A stretch of DNA of 64,000 nucleotides, from positions 36,611 to 100,610 of the IMG/VR virus record IMGVR_UViG_3300032893_000015; one strand, 5' to 3'. The position numbers and the translations under genes are program-made. Source of the DNA: a virus. Positions 28,983-38,926 of this stretch are shown here, piece by piece. Position 1 is the stretch's first letter. Each line of letters starts with the position of its first letter. The notes under the pieces were generated by a model, which was not told the origin of the DNA, searched no databases, and was given only the letters and a program-made list of their open reading frames with translations.

Positions 28983-29482
28983 GGCGTGGTCTGTCGTCTC
29001 GCCTTTGCCAGCCTATAGTCGGTGACGAGCGCGGGACCGAACTGCAGCCTCCACCCGACGCGGAACCCCCCGTAGCGCGTGTTGCCGGCGCGCAGCTTTT
29101 GCTCGCGCGTGTTCTCCCGCACCCACGTCCACCGGACAAAGTCCGCCATCTCCTGCCTATCGCCTTCGAACTCCTTTTCGAGGATTCGGTAGGCCGCTCC
29201 CGCCGCTGCCATTCTCCCTTGTGGTGTGAGCTCCGCGGGAGCCACCCCGTACACTTTCGTGTGCATCATCTCGTACGCCGCGACGAAGTGCCTGGGTGTG
29301 GCGGCGCTCCAATCCCCCGCCCCCATCATCGCTTGCGCCTCTCGTCGCGCATCCTCCCAGGCCCCATTGCCGATGGTCTTTGCCCTGGGTTTGGTCTTTC
29401 GCTCCAGCCACGTATTCAGCTGCGCAGACGCCACCTCCACCTCCGGGTCCGCCGGAGGCACCACACTGCTCTTCGCTACCAT
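28979..29482 (-). CDS. hypothetical protein
   Basis: AGGAG RBS; upstream of DnaB. Confidence 0.6.
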   Translation of the reverse strand: MVAKSSVVPPADPEVEVASAQLNTWLERKTKPRAKTIGNGAWEDARREAQAMMGAGDWSAATPRHFVAAYEMMHTKVYGVAPAELTPQGRMAAAGAAYRILEKEFEGDRQEMADFVRWTWVRENTREQKLRAGNTRYGGFRVGWRLQFGPALVTDYRLAKARRQTTP

Positions 29483-29509
29483 GGGCTTCTCCTTGGGCGC
29501 TGCGCCCCT

Positions 29510-30415
29510 TTAGTTGCGGACGTGCTGTTGCTTCGTCTGCTCCACCACCTTCGTGAGCATCTGCAAAAAGCTCCGGAGCTTCCGCTCTCGTTCCGCCTCT
29601 GCGAACTCCGTGAGAAAGCGCATCGTATCCACCAGATTCTGCTTGGTCGCTCCCGCCAATTGCAGATCCAACTGAAACGATCCGACGCGGCACGTGCTGT
29701 AACTCCCGGGCACCGGCGTGTACTGCTCCTCGCCCCAGGTGAACTTGATCGCGCCTGTCATCGCGTCGAATTGCGAAGCCACCTGCGACTGCATGATCGG
29801 AGTGCTGACGGGTACTTCAGCCACCGCGCTCGTTGTCGGAGTCACATGTTGTGGCAGGGGTGGAAGGAAATGCTTTCGAATGTGTTCGGGTGGCTCGGCC
29901 AAGTTCCCTTTCGTCCACTCCGCCGCCTGCACTCTTTGTAGCGTGGTCCAAGTAGCCAATTCCGTCAGTTGGTATTCGAGCCCTTTTGCTCCCAGCCTTC
30001 CCGCCAATTCCGTAATGGGCATCTCCCCGCCCATCGGCTGCCCATTGGCCACCGCCATGGTGGTCGGCCCGGTGACGACGTTCCCCTGTACGGGCATTGT
30101 CTGCGGCTGTTGCACGCTCCCGGGATTCAGCTTCCACGGATCCTGGCCAACGGGTGGATCCTGCTGCTGCACTGGCTTCGGCGTCTGCTGCTGTTGGGGC
30201 AGGGTCGCTGTCTCTGGCGTGATGGGAACCTGCTTTCCGCACTTCACACACGCACCTTGCGACGCCGCGAGCATTCGCGTGGTCATTCTCGCCTGACAAT
30301 TCGGACAACTCACCGCCACGGGCATCGCTTGGGTCGCTTGGGGCGCTTGTGGTGTAGGCGCATCTCCAAAGTTGCTCTGTTGCAGGGGCGGTGACACTTC
30401 CGAACGCTTTCTCAT
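29510..30415 (-). CDS. hypothetical protein with Zn ribbon and Q/P-rich linker
   Basis: CPNC...CVKC; GGGAGG RBS. Confidence 0.65.
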   Translation of the reverse strand: MRKRSEVSPPLQQSNFGDAPTPQAPQATQAMPVAVSCPNCQARMTTRMLAASQGACVKCGKQVPITPETATLPQQQQTPKPVQQQDPPVGQDPWKLNPGSVQQPQTMPVQGNVVTGPTTMAVANGQPMGGEMPITELAGRLGAKGLEYQLTELATWTTLQRVQAAEWTKGNLAEPPEHIRKHFLPPLPQHVTPTTSAVAEVPVSTPIMQSQVASQFDAMTGAIKFTWGEEQYTPVPGSYSTCRVGSFQLDLQLAGATKQNLVDTMRFLTEFAEAERERKLRSFLQMLTKVVEQTKQQHVRN

Positions 30416-30483
30416 CGATTCCTCCCTTTGGGGTCCCGTGCCGAAGTTCCGATTCTACCCGGTTTGCTTACGGTCTGATCCAT

Positions 30484-31983
30484 TCATGCCGCCGAGCTTT
30501 GTGCTTTCGCTCGTTTGACATACTCCCGTCCGCCAATCCACGTTCCGTTCGGTTCTTTGACGCGCACCCTCTTGTTCCACCGCACCAGGTTCACCAGGTG
30601 CTTCAGCCCGAACACCTTCCGGTCCCAAAGGTAGTAAAGCCTTGCGTCCTTCTTCCCTTCCGGCGCTCGGCATGCCCTCCCGCGCACCTGCCCGAACACC
30701 TGCCTGTTGCCCGCGATGGGTATGACGACAACGAGTCTTCCCACTTTCGGCAGGTCGATCCCCTGTCCGATCGCCTGCACCGTCCCCACCCCCACTCTCA
30801 GCTCCCCGCGCTCGAGTCGCTTTCGGGTGCGATCGAACTCCACTCTGTAGTCCTCCCCTCCGATGAGGAACCCGCTACCGATGCCTCTGGCCACCAGCTG
30901 CGCATCGATCTCGCGGCACTGCTGCCGCAACCTCCCCATGACCACCACCTGCTGTCCGGCCTCCAGCTCGCTCTCCACGCATTCCAGCGCAATGGCGTTG
31001 CGCTCTGCGTTCGCGGCCATCTCTTCGGCCAGCCTCGTGGCGTCCACGCTTTGCTCCTCCTCGCTGTCTTCGTCAGGCACCCCGTACCACGGCGCTTCGA
31101 ACTCCGTGGGCACGACGCACACCTCCACGTCGAGCACATACCCCTTGTCCTCGAGCTCATCGCGCTGCACGTCGATGGCCACCTCCCCGAACAGGTCGTA
31201 CGTCAGGAAGTGCTTTCCGTCTTTGCGGCGTTCGTCCGCGCTGATGCCGATTCGGTACTTGCTTTGGAACGGATCGACGACGCCGTAGTACGTGGGGGCG
31301 GCTGCCAGCTGCACCTCGTCGAACAGGAACGCCCCGAACTTGTGGGCGAGGTCCTCGGTCCCGTTGACGTCGAGCGTCTTTTGCATCGCAACGGTGAGCG
31401 CTCGCAGGTCCCGTTGCTTGCCGCGCACGATGCCTACCTGGTCCCTACTTAGTCCCAACTCCTTACGGGCCCTCTCCACCCACTGATCGAACAGGCCCAC
31501 GACGTTCACGACAACAAGCGTCGGCACTTGCGCCCTTACGACGAACAGCATCGCCGCGTCCGTCTTTCCGGCTCCGGTAGGAGCGCGTAGCAGGCAGTTC
31601 TGGTGTTCCAGCGCCGCCTCCACCATCGCCTCTTGGTGCGGCCAAGGGTCCTTGCCGAACTCCCCGAGACCCCACCGCTCCACGAGCCTCGGGTCTCCCT
31701 CGGTTCGAATGTCCGCGACGGTCCAGGGCACCTTGTTACGCCGCAGCACCGCTCTGACGCGTCCGAGCCCTCCGCGCGGGAAGCTAATGGCCCCCTGACC
31801 GTCCTCTTCGTACGTCTCGATGTACCTCGGCTCCGACCAGTGCGGCAGCCCCATGGCCTTCATCGCCGCGTGCTTCGGGTTGCGGTGGGTGAACTCTCCT
31901 CTGAGCTCCTCCACGACGCTCGGCTCCAGTCTCTTGGCTGCCAGGCGCAGGCGGTTGTCGACGATGAGGGCCAACTTGTCCAT
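30484..31983 (-). CDS. SF2 (DEAD/DEAH-like) helicase
   Basis: PWPHQ, APTGAGKT, FDEVQ, ISA, GIDLP, QVRGRACR. Confidence 0.9.
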   Translation of the reverse strand: MDKLALIVDNRLRLAAKRLEPSVVEELRGEFTHRNPKHAAMKAMGLPHWSEPRYIETYEEDGQGAISFPRGGLGRVRAVLRRNKVPWTVADIRTEGDPRLVERWGLGEFGKDPWPHQEAMVEAALEHQNCLLRAPTGAGKTDAAMLFVVRAQVPTLVVVNVVGLFDQWVERARKELGLSRDQVGIVRGKQRDLRALTVAMQKTLDVNGTEDLAHKFGAFLFDEVQLAAAPTYYGVVDPFQSKYRIGISADERRKDGKHFLTYDLFGEVAIDVQRDELEDKGYVLDVEVCVVPTEFEAPWYGVPDEDSEEEQSVDATRLAEEMAANAERNAIALECVESELEAGQQVVVMGRLRQQCREIDAQLVARGIGSGFLIGGEDYRVEFDRTRKRLERGELRVGVGTVQAIGQGIDLPKVGRLVVVIPIAGNRQVFGQVRGRACRAPEGKKDARLYYLWDRKVFGLKHLVNLVRWNKRVRVKEPNGTWIGGREYVKRAKAQSSAA

Positions 31984-32012
31984 TGGGCCCCCCTTTTGCC
32001 GTCTCCCTGGTG

Positions 32013-32036
32013 GATTGGAAACCCGGGTTTCCAATT
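32013..32036. repeat. 24-bp palindrome copy 5 (upstream of the SF2 helicase)
   Basis: GATTGGAAACCCGGGTTTCCAATT, 23/24. Confidence 0.95.
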
Positions 32037-32231
32037 CCCGCCCCCGGTGCTAATTCAGATCTTGCCTACGCGCGCGTCCGCGCGCGCGTGCGCGCGCCCC
32101 CCTTTATGCGCCTTACTGATCCAATTAGAAGGATCAGAAGGATCTAGAGTCAATTGATCTCCCGAAGGGAGATCGGGCAACTTTGCGTGCCCTTGAGCGG
32201 GCACGCGGTGGAAGCCTACCGGCTTCCACGG

Positions 32232-32681
32232 TCACCCCTTTTTGTGGATGCCTATCTGCGCTGCAGAAGGAGACACCGGAAGATCCGGAGGCGGGGCGGG
32301 GGGCTCCTTGGGGTCGGGCAACATCATCGCAATCCAGCGGAGGGCCTTGGGCACGTTGCCCTTGAAGGCCGCCTTGATGACGAGCGCGAACAGTCCGTAC
32401 GTCCACATGCTCGTCTTCACGCCCGCGACGACCGCCTGTTGCCAGGTCATCGTGTGGTCTACGAGCACCGCCGCCAGCTCCGTGTACACCGTCCCCGCCA
32501 CGAGCACCGCCACCGGCTTCCACCGGTCCGTGTTCCAGCTGGCTGGCATGCTGATGGGAAAGCGGCTCTCTTGGCTGAGCAGCTGCACGGTAAGGCCTGC
32601 GAGGGCCACGACGAGCAAGCCCCACTTCTGCCCGATGACGTCCTGACTCAGCTGTAGAACGATGTTCACGTACTGGTCCAT
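32232..32681 (-). CDS. membrane protein, putative holin
   Basis: ~3 TM segments; last gene of the late module. Confidence 0.5.
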   Translation of the reverse strand: MDQYVNIVLQLSQDVIGQKWGLLVVALAGLTVQLLSQESRFPISMPASWNTDRWKPVAVLVAGTVYTELAAVLVDHTMTWQQAVVAGVKTSMWTYGLFALVIKAAFKGNVPKALRWIAMMLPDPKEPPAPPPDLPVSPSAAQIGIHKKG

Positions 32682-32706
32682 GGTGTTCGCTCCCTTCGTG
32701 TGTGCT

Positions 32707-34341
32707 TCAGAACAAGTCCCACCCGGTCACTTGTATCTGGCACCGTGTGGACGTTCCGCTTCCCGACCCCACGAGCATCGAGAACCCGGTGCCCATCGGT
32801 GGCGACGCCCCAAAGTCCACGCTCCTGTTGGGTACGGGTATCTTCAGGAGCGCCGAACAGAACATCGGATAGGTCGTCCCGTTCGGATTGACCAGGTTCA
32901 CGCTCATCCCCCCATCCGAGATCCAAAGGACATTGGTGGCGAGGTCCTCCAGCGTCACGCTAATTCCCGCGACGATGGTCGTGTTCGCCGGCACGGTGTA
33001 CCAGCAAAGTATCCTCACCCACAGCGCTCGCGCGTTGGGTGGATAGCCCAGGGCCGCATTGTTTGTATCGATGCCTGTTGGTGTCGCCGTGAACGTATAC
33101 GTCGGTCCCGCCGCGGTGATGTCTCCTCGGCTGTAGAGCACTCCGCTGCTGCTCGAGATCCACTGCGCCCTTCCGTCGTTGGTCATGAGCACGGGGTTGC
33201 CGCCGGCGTACTTCACGGCCGCCACACACATCCCCATCCCCGTGTACCCGCCCAGTCCCGTTCCCGATGGCAGGTAGATTCCCGCGGACGGTGACCCGGT
33301 GAGCGGCACGGGCGTCACATTGCTCACGGTCAGGATGCCCTTGGGGCCTTGCGGCGTATTGCTATCGAGGATCGGTGGGTACTGGGCCCATCGCGGCAGT
33401 CCGAACGGCTCCAGTAGATACACCCACCCTGGTCCGTTCGCTCCCACGCCCGCCGCCGAGATGACGGCGGTGTTGGTATTGGCGAGGGACTGCGCTCCGA
33501 TGATCCCGTAGTTGAAGTCCCCGCCCAATCGCGTGCGCCCTGGAACAGTCGGTGTCTGCGTCCAATCCGCTCCGACGCACTCCACGTGCCCGACCAGCCC
33601 GTACCCTTCGTCGATCTGCAGCGTATCGTCGAAGATCCGTCCAGTGTGGTACCCGAGCTTGTACGGCGCGTGCACTCTGTCGGCGACGAGTGGTCGCACG
33701 TCCCAGAACGTCACCGAGTTATTGTTCGTGCTGCCCGTGGGCACGACGGCTACGGCCAGCGGCAGCCACCCGCTGACGGTCCCTGGGAATCCCGATCCTG
33801 GTGTCCCTTGGCGCACTCTGTACGTGAGATAGCCCTGCACGGCTTTGCTAACGGTCGCTGGGCTGAAGCTATTGGTGAGCGGATTGAAGATGTCTCGGTT
33901 ATCGGTTTCGGCGTTGGCGTTGCTCGCCGGCTGGCACTCCACGATGTCCACTCTCGTGAGCCCCGAGCTATTCGCGGCCACCTGAATGACCCCGAGGGTC
34001 GAGATCCCCGGGTCGACGATGTACTTGTAGTTGCTGTCGTCCAGGGCCGCATCGGGCGCCAGGAACAGGCCCACTCCGCCGTCCACGTACAGGTCATTGG
34101 CGGTTGCTTGTGGCCGTACGAGGAGTCCTCCGATGATTTCCGCGGTGAGTGGGTTGGTCGTGGTGCTGATCTGGCTCCCCGGCGTCCCCACGTTCACGTC
34201 GTCGTCGCCGTAATCGACGTCCATGAGAAACCGCAGCAGCTCGGCGCGGTCGCTGTTGGCGAACTTCTGAATCCGCAGGATGTCCGTCGAAACGGCTCGC
34301 TCCAGCGTATTGATGTACATCTCCTTACCGCCGCTCGGCAT
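32707..34341 (-). CDS. tail fibre / distal tail structural protein
   Basis: G/T/S/P-rich; follows the baseplate genes; PLAVAVV...DVRP motif common in fibre N-domains. Confidence 0.6.
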   Translation of the reverse strand: MPSGGKEMYINTLERAVSTDILRIQKFANSDRAELLRFLMDVDYGDDDVNVGTPGSQISTTTNPLTAEIIGGLLVRPQATANDLYVDGGVGLFLAPDAALDDSNYKYIVDPGISTLGVIQVAANSSGLTRVDIVECQPASNANAETDNRDIFNPLTNSFSPATVSKAVQGYLTYRVRQGTPGSGFPGTVSGWLPLAVAVVPTGSTNNNSVTFWDVRPLVADRVHAPYKLGYHTGRIFDDTLQIDEGYGLVGHVECVGADWTQTPTVPGRTRLGGDFNYGIIGAQSLANTNTAVISAAGVGANGPGWVYLLEPFGLPRWAQYPPILDSNTPQGPKGILTVSNVTPVPLTGSPSAGIYLPSGTGLGGYTGMGMCVAAVKYAGGNPVLMTNDGRAQWISSSSGVLYSRGDITAAGPTYTFTATPTGIDTNNAALGYPPNARALWVRILCWYTVPANTTIVAGISVTLEDLATNVLWISDGGMSVNLVNPNGTTYPMFCSALLKIPVPNRSVDFGASPPMGTGFSMLVGSGSGTSTRCQIQVTGWDLF

Positions 34342-34390
34342 TGGCTTCTCCTCGTGTTTTCTTGCGCTTCCCCAGCCTAGCCCCTGGGTC

Positions 34391-34414
34391 GATTGGAAAC
34401 CCGGGTTTCCAATC
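34391..34414. repeat. 24-bp palindrome copy 6 (intergenic)
   Basis: Exact. Confidence 0.95.
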
Positions 34415-34527
34415 CCCTCCCTTTGCCCTCAGGAGCGCTTTCCCCTTCCCCCCTATCCCTCCCCTACCCCCCTCTTCAAAAACGCATCCTGCAGCATCCT
34501 GGCAAGACTGCAGGGGGGTTCCGGTTT

Positions 34528-36489
34528 TCAGGGACACCCGATCGTCTCCCGGTACATCGTCCAGCTCACGCCTCCCGCCCGTGCCGCTTCCACCGCCCGG
34601 TACACCTGCCCCCAGATCTGTCTGCCGATGACGGGGAACCCGTCGTAGAAGTTCGCGTTGTACCCCCGGTCGTAAAAGCCCCCGATGTGTTGCAGCGGCA
34701 GGCTGTCGTAACAGAATCCGAAGTCTCCGGCTCCGATGTTGGCGACGCCCAGCAGGAACGACGCGCGGAAGTTCAAGTAATCCAGCCACACCCTGTACCG
34801 CTGCTGCAGTGCGCAAAGCGGCTGCGTGCTGCCGATGATCGGGATCCTTGGCGACGTGAGGGGTCGGCTTGTGCTGACGAGCATGTCCCCGCCCGCCACC
34901 GTCAGCCGGTTCGGTCCGCGCTTGCGAATGAGGACCAGTTGTGTGCTGGACAGGAGCGACCCGTACCACCCGTCTGCGACGAATCTCCCGTTCACGTCCA
35001 CCCACGCTATGCGTTCGTTGCGTTGGTACGGATCGCTGCCGACGACGAACCCCAACTGCAGGACGAGACAGTCCGTATCCCACCAGTCCCCTCCCGTATC
35101 GGTGCGCAGGCGGTCGTAGTAAAACCCGGGTAGGTAGCTGAACCCGACTTCCCTCAGACACGCCGGCCCGTACTGCCCCAGTTGCTTGTTGGCTTGGCGT
35201 TTGATGGCATTCGGCGAGACGACGTCGGGTGCCGCTGCGATTCGCTGTCGGTAGCTGTTGGCGGTCTCTCCCCCGTTCAGGGCAATGTTGCGCTCTTTGC
35301 CGAGGGCCACGAGCATCCCGCTTCTGCCTCCGGTTGGCTGCGCGGCGTTGGTGGCAGTGATGCCCCAGTCCTGCACCCAATCGAGCACCCTCCACGTCGC
35401 TCCGGTATTGGGCAGGGGTGGGTTTGCGGGAGCCTCTGCCGTGTAGATGAGCGCCGTCGATTGCGCGCCTTGCGTCGTCGTCGCCACCTGCCCGTAGGCA
35501 CCGCTCGTCTGCCCCACGGCGTACTTCCCGGTGACCACTTGGCTGCCCTGCAGCACGGTGTACACGAGCCTTACGGTGCCGTTCTGCAGCGTAGTCGTCC
35601 CGAGCACGACGCCTGTCGCCGTGTACGTCGTGATGGGATGCCCCGTCCCGATCCACACGACTTCCCCAGGGACGAAGGCCCCGGTCACGCTCGCGAGCTC
35701 TATGGCGTAGTCGATGCCGAGCAGCATCGCGCTACCGTTGGGGGGTGCCGCCGGGATGTACCCGACCAGCCTCGCGACCACGCCCTGATTCGCTCCCGCC
35801 GTGAACTGCACGTACTGGCCCAAGTGCTGCGGCAGCAGCATGGGCACTTGGTCGAAGCACGTGAGTGTGGCTCGTGCGCTCGGTGCGATGAGGTTCGGGG
35901 TTGGTGGTGTGATGGGCCCCACCAGCGTGATGGTCCCTCGGTCCGCGGTGTACCCGGACCCCACTTGGTCGATCCACTGCAGGGTATTGGGTTGCGGGTT
36001 GTTGTATCCGTAGCCGGCCTTTTCGGCGACGCAGGCGACGGTATACGGGCCCGAGTCTCCGGGTGGGAACACCAGCGGCGCCACGGGGGTGTACCGACGT
36101 CCGGTGAGCACTTGCACGCCCGCCGCTCCCGGCTGCGTGCCCCAGTCGTTTGCGTATTCGTCGATGAAGAACTGTCCGGGCAGCAGCACCAGAGCCCACT
36201 GCGTGTACCCGTTGCGCGCGATGGTGATCTGCACAGTCGCCTGCTGTTCCAGGTCCGCCGGTGCCGCGCTTTGCCCGCTCCAGGGCAGTATGTACATCGC
36301 CTGGGTGGTCGTATCGATCGCCTGCGACACGCGCGCGAACTGCGCGAACATCTGCGTATAAGCCTCCCAGCCCGCCCCCTCCCCTGCCGCTTCCAGGGCT
36401 TGGCTGTACGAGAGATCGACCGCCCCCTCCCATATGGCTTGTATGTCCGCTTGCGTGAGCGGTCCCTGCTTTGCTCCTGCCGACGTCAT
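34528..36489 (-). CDS. baseplate wedge-like protein
   Basis: LGKERNI...GETANSYRQRI motif of wedge subunits; follows gpJ. Confidence 0.6.
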   Translation of the reverse strand: MTSAGAKQGPLTQADIQAIWEGAVDLSYSQALEAAGEGAGWEAYTQMFAQFARVSQAIDTTTQAMYILPWSGQSAAPADLEQQATVQITIARNGYTQWALVLLPGQFFIDEYANDWGTQPGAAGVQVLTGRRYTPVAPLVFPPGDSGPYTVACVAEKAGYGYNNPQPNTLQWIDQVGSGYTADRGTITLVGPITPPTPNLIAPSARATLTCFDQVPMLLPQHLGQYVQFTAGANQGVVARLVGYIPAAPPNGSAMLLGIDYAIELASVTGAFVPGEVVWIGTGHPITTYTATGVVLGTTTLQNGTVRLVYTVLQGSQVVTGKYAVGQTSGAYGQVATTTQGAQSTALIYTAEAPANPPLPNTGATWRVLDWVQDWGITATNAAQPTGGRSGMLVALGKERNIALNGGETANSYRQRIAAAPDVVSPNAIKRQANKQLGQYGPACLREVGFSYLPGFYYDRLRTDTGGDWWDTDCLVLQLGFVVGSDPYQRNERIAWVDVNGRFVADGWYGSLLSSTQLVLIRKRGPNRLTVAGGDMLVSTSRPLTSPRIPIIGSTQPLCALQQRYRVWLDYLNFRASFLLGVANIGAGDFGFCYDSLPLQHIGGFYDRGYNANFYDGFPVIGRQIWGQVYRAVEAARAGGVSWTMYRETIGCP

Positions 36490-36493
36490 GGGG

Positions 36494-37609
36494 TCAGCTC
36501 AGCGTAACGTGCGCCAGGTCCGTGCGTATCGTCTGCCCTGCCTCCGGCACGACGTCGGTGATGGGACTGACGATACTCGCTTGGCTCTGCACGAGCCCAT
36601 CGGCGACGAACCGCCTGAGCACCGAGTACAAGTCCGCCAGGTACAACGTTCCGCTGACGGGTAGGCTGTTGACGAACTCCACAATCGCCGCCTGCACCGC
36701 CGCTGACATCGTCACGGTGTCCACGCCCGTCTGCCACGCCAACGCGAGCTGAATGCTCTGGATGAAAGGGATGCTCGTGTTGACGATGACACCGATCCCC
36801 GCCGCCCTGTAGTCGAGCAGGGCCACGGCCACCGCCTGCGCCATGGGCACGCTGGCCACTCCGCTCGAGTCCGCGATGTACAGCTGCACGAGCCGTGCGG
36901 GTTGTGCGGTGTTGGTGATGACCTCTTGGGCCAGCGCACTGACGACTCCCGGCACGGTCAGGGCGCCGAACTCGATGGCCGCGAGCACTCCCCTTCGCGC
37001 CGTGAGCCAAAAGTTGCGCAAGCGGTTCTTGAACGTGTCCAGGTCCTCCCGATCCTCGCCTCCGGCCGACGTCGCGTCGTTGTTCACCTGAATGCTCGGG
37101 TCGAACAGGGCGGCTGGGTTGGCGAAGCGCCGTATCTGATTCGCCCCTACTTGTGACGCTTTCCCTGCCTCTGCCGCGCGCGCGTTCACAATGACCTTGT
37201 CCAGCGTCGTCGCTCCGAACGTCGCGGGCTGCGTGGTGAGAAACTGCGTTCCCCCGAGCGCCGTCATCAGCGTATTGGCTGGGATGTTCCCTCCTCCGGC
37301 TGCAAAGCTCGCCCTGTAAAAGCGCACTTGCGTGGTCGCGGGCGAAGCTCCCTTGCGGGTCGTTTGGTACCGGTCCCACGCATACCGGTCCAGGTCGTCG
37401 TCGTCGGTAATCGAGTCGAGCAGCAGCCGGCTGACGGCGAAGCCCAGTTGCTTGGTGACGGCATCCGCGAGCACACTCGCCGTCCCCACGAACAGGTTCG
37501 CATCGCTCCCCTGCACGTCGACCATTCCCGGGTCGATCTTCTGCGCTCTGCTGAGCACATACTGTCTGCCCAGCTGGTAGTAGTCGAGCCTCGTCGGTAG
37601 GTCGGCCAT
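36494..37609 (-). CDS. baseplate J-like protein
   Basis: DLDRYA, A.EAGKASQV, N...SAGGEDREDLDTFKNR, ALTVPGV. Confidence 0.88.
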   Translation of the reverse strand: MADLPTRLDYYQLGRQYVLSRAQKIDPGMVDVQGSDANLFVGTASVLADAVTKQLGFAVSRLLLDSITDDDDLDRYAWDRYQTTRKGASPATTQVRFYRASFAAGGGNIPANTLMTALGGTQFLTTQPATFGATTLDKVIVNARAAEAGKASQVGANQIRRFANPAALFDPSIQVNNDATSAGGEDREDLDTFKNRLRNFWLTARRGVLAAIEFGALTVPGVVSALAQEVITNTAQPARLVQLYIADSSGVASVPMAQAVAVALLDYRAAGIGVIVNTSIPFIQSIQLALAWQTGVDTVTMSAAVQAAIVEFVNSLPVSGTLYLADLYSVLRRFVADGLVQSQASIVSPITDVVPEAGQTIRTDLAHVTLS

Positions 37610-37640
37610 GTGTTCGGGGTTCAGCCTAGCAGCACCCCGC

Positions 37641-38561
37641 TTACTGCACGGGGAACAGCGTCTTGTACTTCGTGGTCTGGCCGTTACGCTTTTGCACGAA
37701 GACGTCGAGACGAAAGAGTCCCGGGTTGTTCGTGTCCGGACGAGTCAACGCCGTGACCTTCGCCACTTCCGGCTCCTGCGCAAACTGCGTCTCCACGTCC
37801 GCCGTGAGCTGCTCGCGCACGGCCGCCTTCCCCAGCCGCTTGATGTACGTCGTAATGCCCACGCCGTACCCGTCCCCCAGGTGTAGGTACCCACCCTTGC
37901 GACTGAAGAGCCTTCGGTTCAGTCGCTTGCGCAGACCATCGTCTCGGCTGTCGATGGCATAGTCGTGGTCGTCGGTGTATCCGAACGACCCGAGCGCTGT
38001 TTGCGCGGGCTGAGCGATGGTGCTGTTACGAGCCGCTTGCGGGCTTTGCGGGTTGGCGAAGTCCCGCATCGGCGCACTGCTCTCGACGTTCGTCCTCGCC
38101 AGCGCCATGTACACGCTCGGTGTCGCCGCCATGCTCGCGCTGGGATCCAGCGTCTGGCTTTGGTCCGCGCTGCTGATGGTCCCGACCACCGCCGTGTACT
38201 GCGCCGGGTACGGGGTCATGGGTCGGTCCAGCGTGACGTCCACGTACAACCCTGGAGCCGCCCCGGCGATGGTGGGTAGGGCCGTCGACAGCACGGACAC
38301 GGGTCGCGCCGGCTGCCCATCCAGGCCACTGGTCCCCGTGACAGGCAGCACCTGCCAGAGAGCTGCGTTGCTCGCGTCGCCCGGGTCGAGCACCCCGGAG
38401 TAGTACACGGGGGTGGTGAACTGCACGCGCACGACGTTCTCGGCGACGGCGCTCGCTGCCACCACTTGCAGCGGTATCCCGATGCCTCCGGGTCCCGCCG
38501 GTGGCAGCCCTCCCCACCCGGAGCTCCCGTAGCCTCCCGAGCCCCACCCGACCATCGTCAT
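37641..38561 (-). CDS. baseplate protein (Ig-like N-domain plus gp25-like C-domain)
   Basis: RLFSRKGGYLHLGDGYGVGI...QEPEV resembles gp25/gpW. Confidence 0.6.
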   Translation of the reverse strand: MTMVGWGSGGYGSSGWGGLPPAGPGGIGIPLQVVAASAVAENVVRVQFTTPVYYSGVLDPGDASNAALWQVLPVTGTSGLDGQPARPVSVLSTALPTIAGAAPGLYVDVTLDRPMTPYPAQYTAVVGTISSADQSQTLDPSASMAATPSVYMALARTNVESSAPMRDFANPQSPQAARNSTIAQPAQTALGSFGYTDDHDYAIDSRDDGLRKRLNRRLFSRKGGYLHLGDGYGVGITTYIKRLGKAAVREQLTADVETQFAQEPEVAKVTALTRPDTNNPGLFRLDVFVQKRNGQTTKYKTLFPVQ

Positions 38562-38881
38562 GCTGCTTCTCCTGCTTGGTCGAGGTCGTCCGGATTCGGG
38601 TCGGCGTTCGGCGTTCGGCCTCCGCCCCACTTCACCCCCGCATCCACCGACAGCGGGTTGTTCAGGTCACAGTTGAGCGCGAGCGAAAGCTTGATGGTGG
38701 GCAGGGGTGGAGGAAACTGGATCCCGAACGACGGGATAACGAACCCGAACTTGAAAAAGAGCGTCGGCGGGAACTTGAAGCCGCAAAGACTCTTCGCGTC
38801 GGGCGCATCCGCCAGCCCCGCATCGAGGCTGACGCCGGGGGGTGTGGGCGGGGGACCGGCTGGGGGCGGAGGGAAACCCAT
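38558..38881 (-). CDS. Pro-rich hypothetical baseplate-region protein
   Basis: Coupled ORF. Confidence 0.5.
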   Translation of the reverse strand: MGFPPPPAGPPPTPPGVSLDAGLADAPDAKSLCGFKFPPTLFFKFGFVIPSFGIQFPPPLPTIKLSLALNCDLNNPLSVDAGVKWGGGRTPNADPNPDDLDQAGEAA

Positions 38882-38902
38882 GGTGGTGCTTCCCAGCCTA
38901 CC

Positions 38903-38926
38903 GATTGGAAACCCGGGTTTCCAATC
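38903..38926. repeat. 24-bp palindrome copy 7 (overlaps the stop codon of the spike gene)
   Basis: Exact. Confidence 0.95.
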
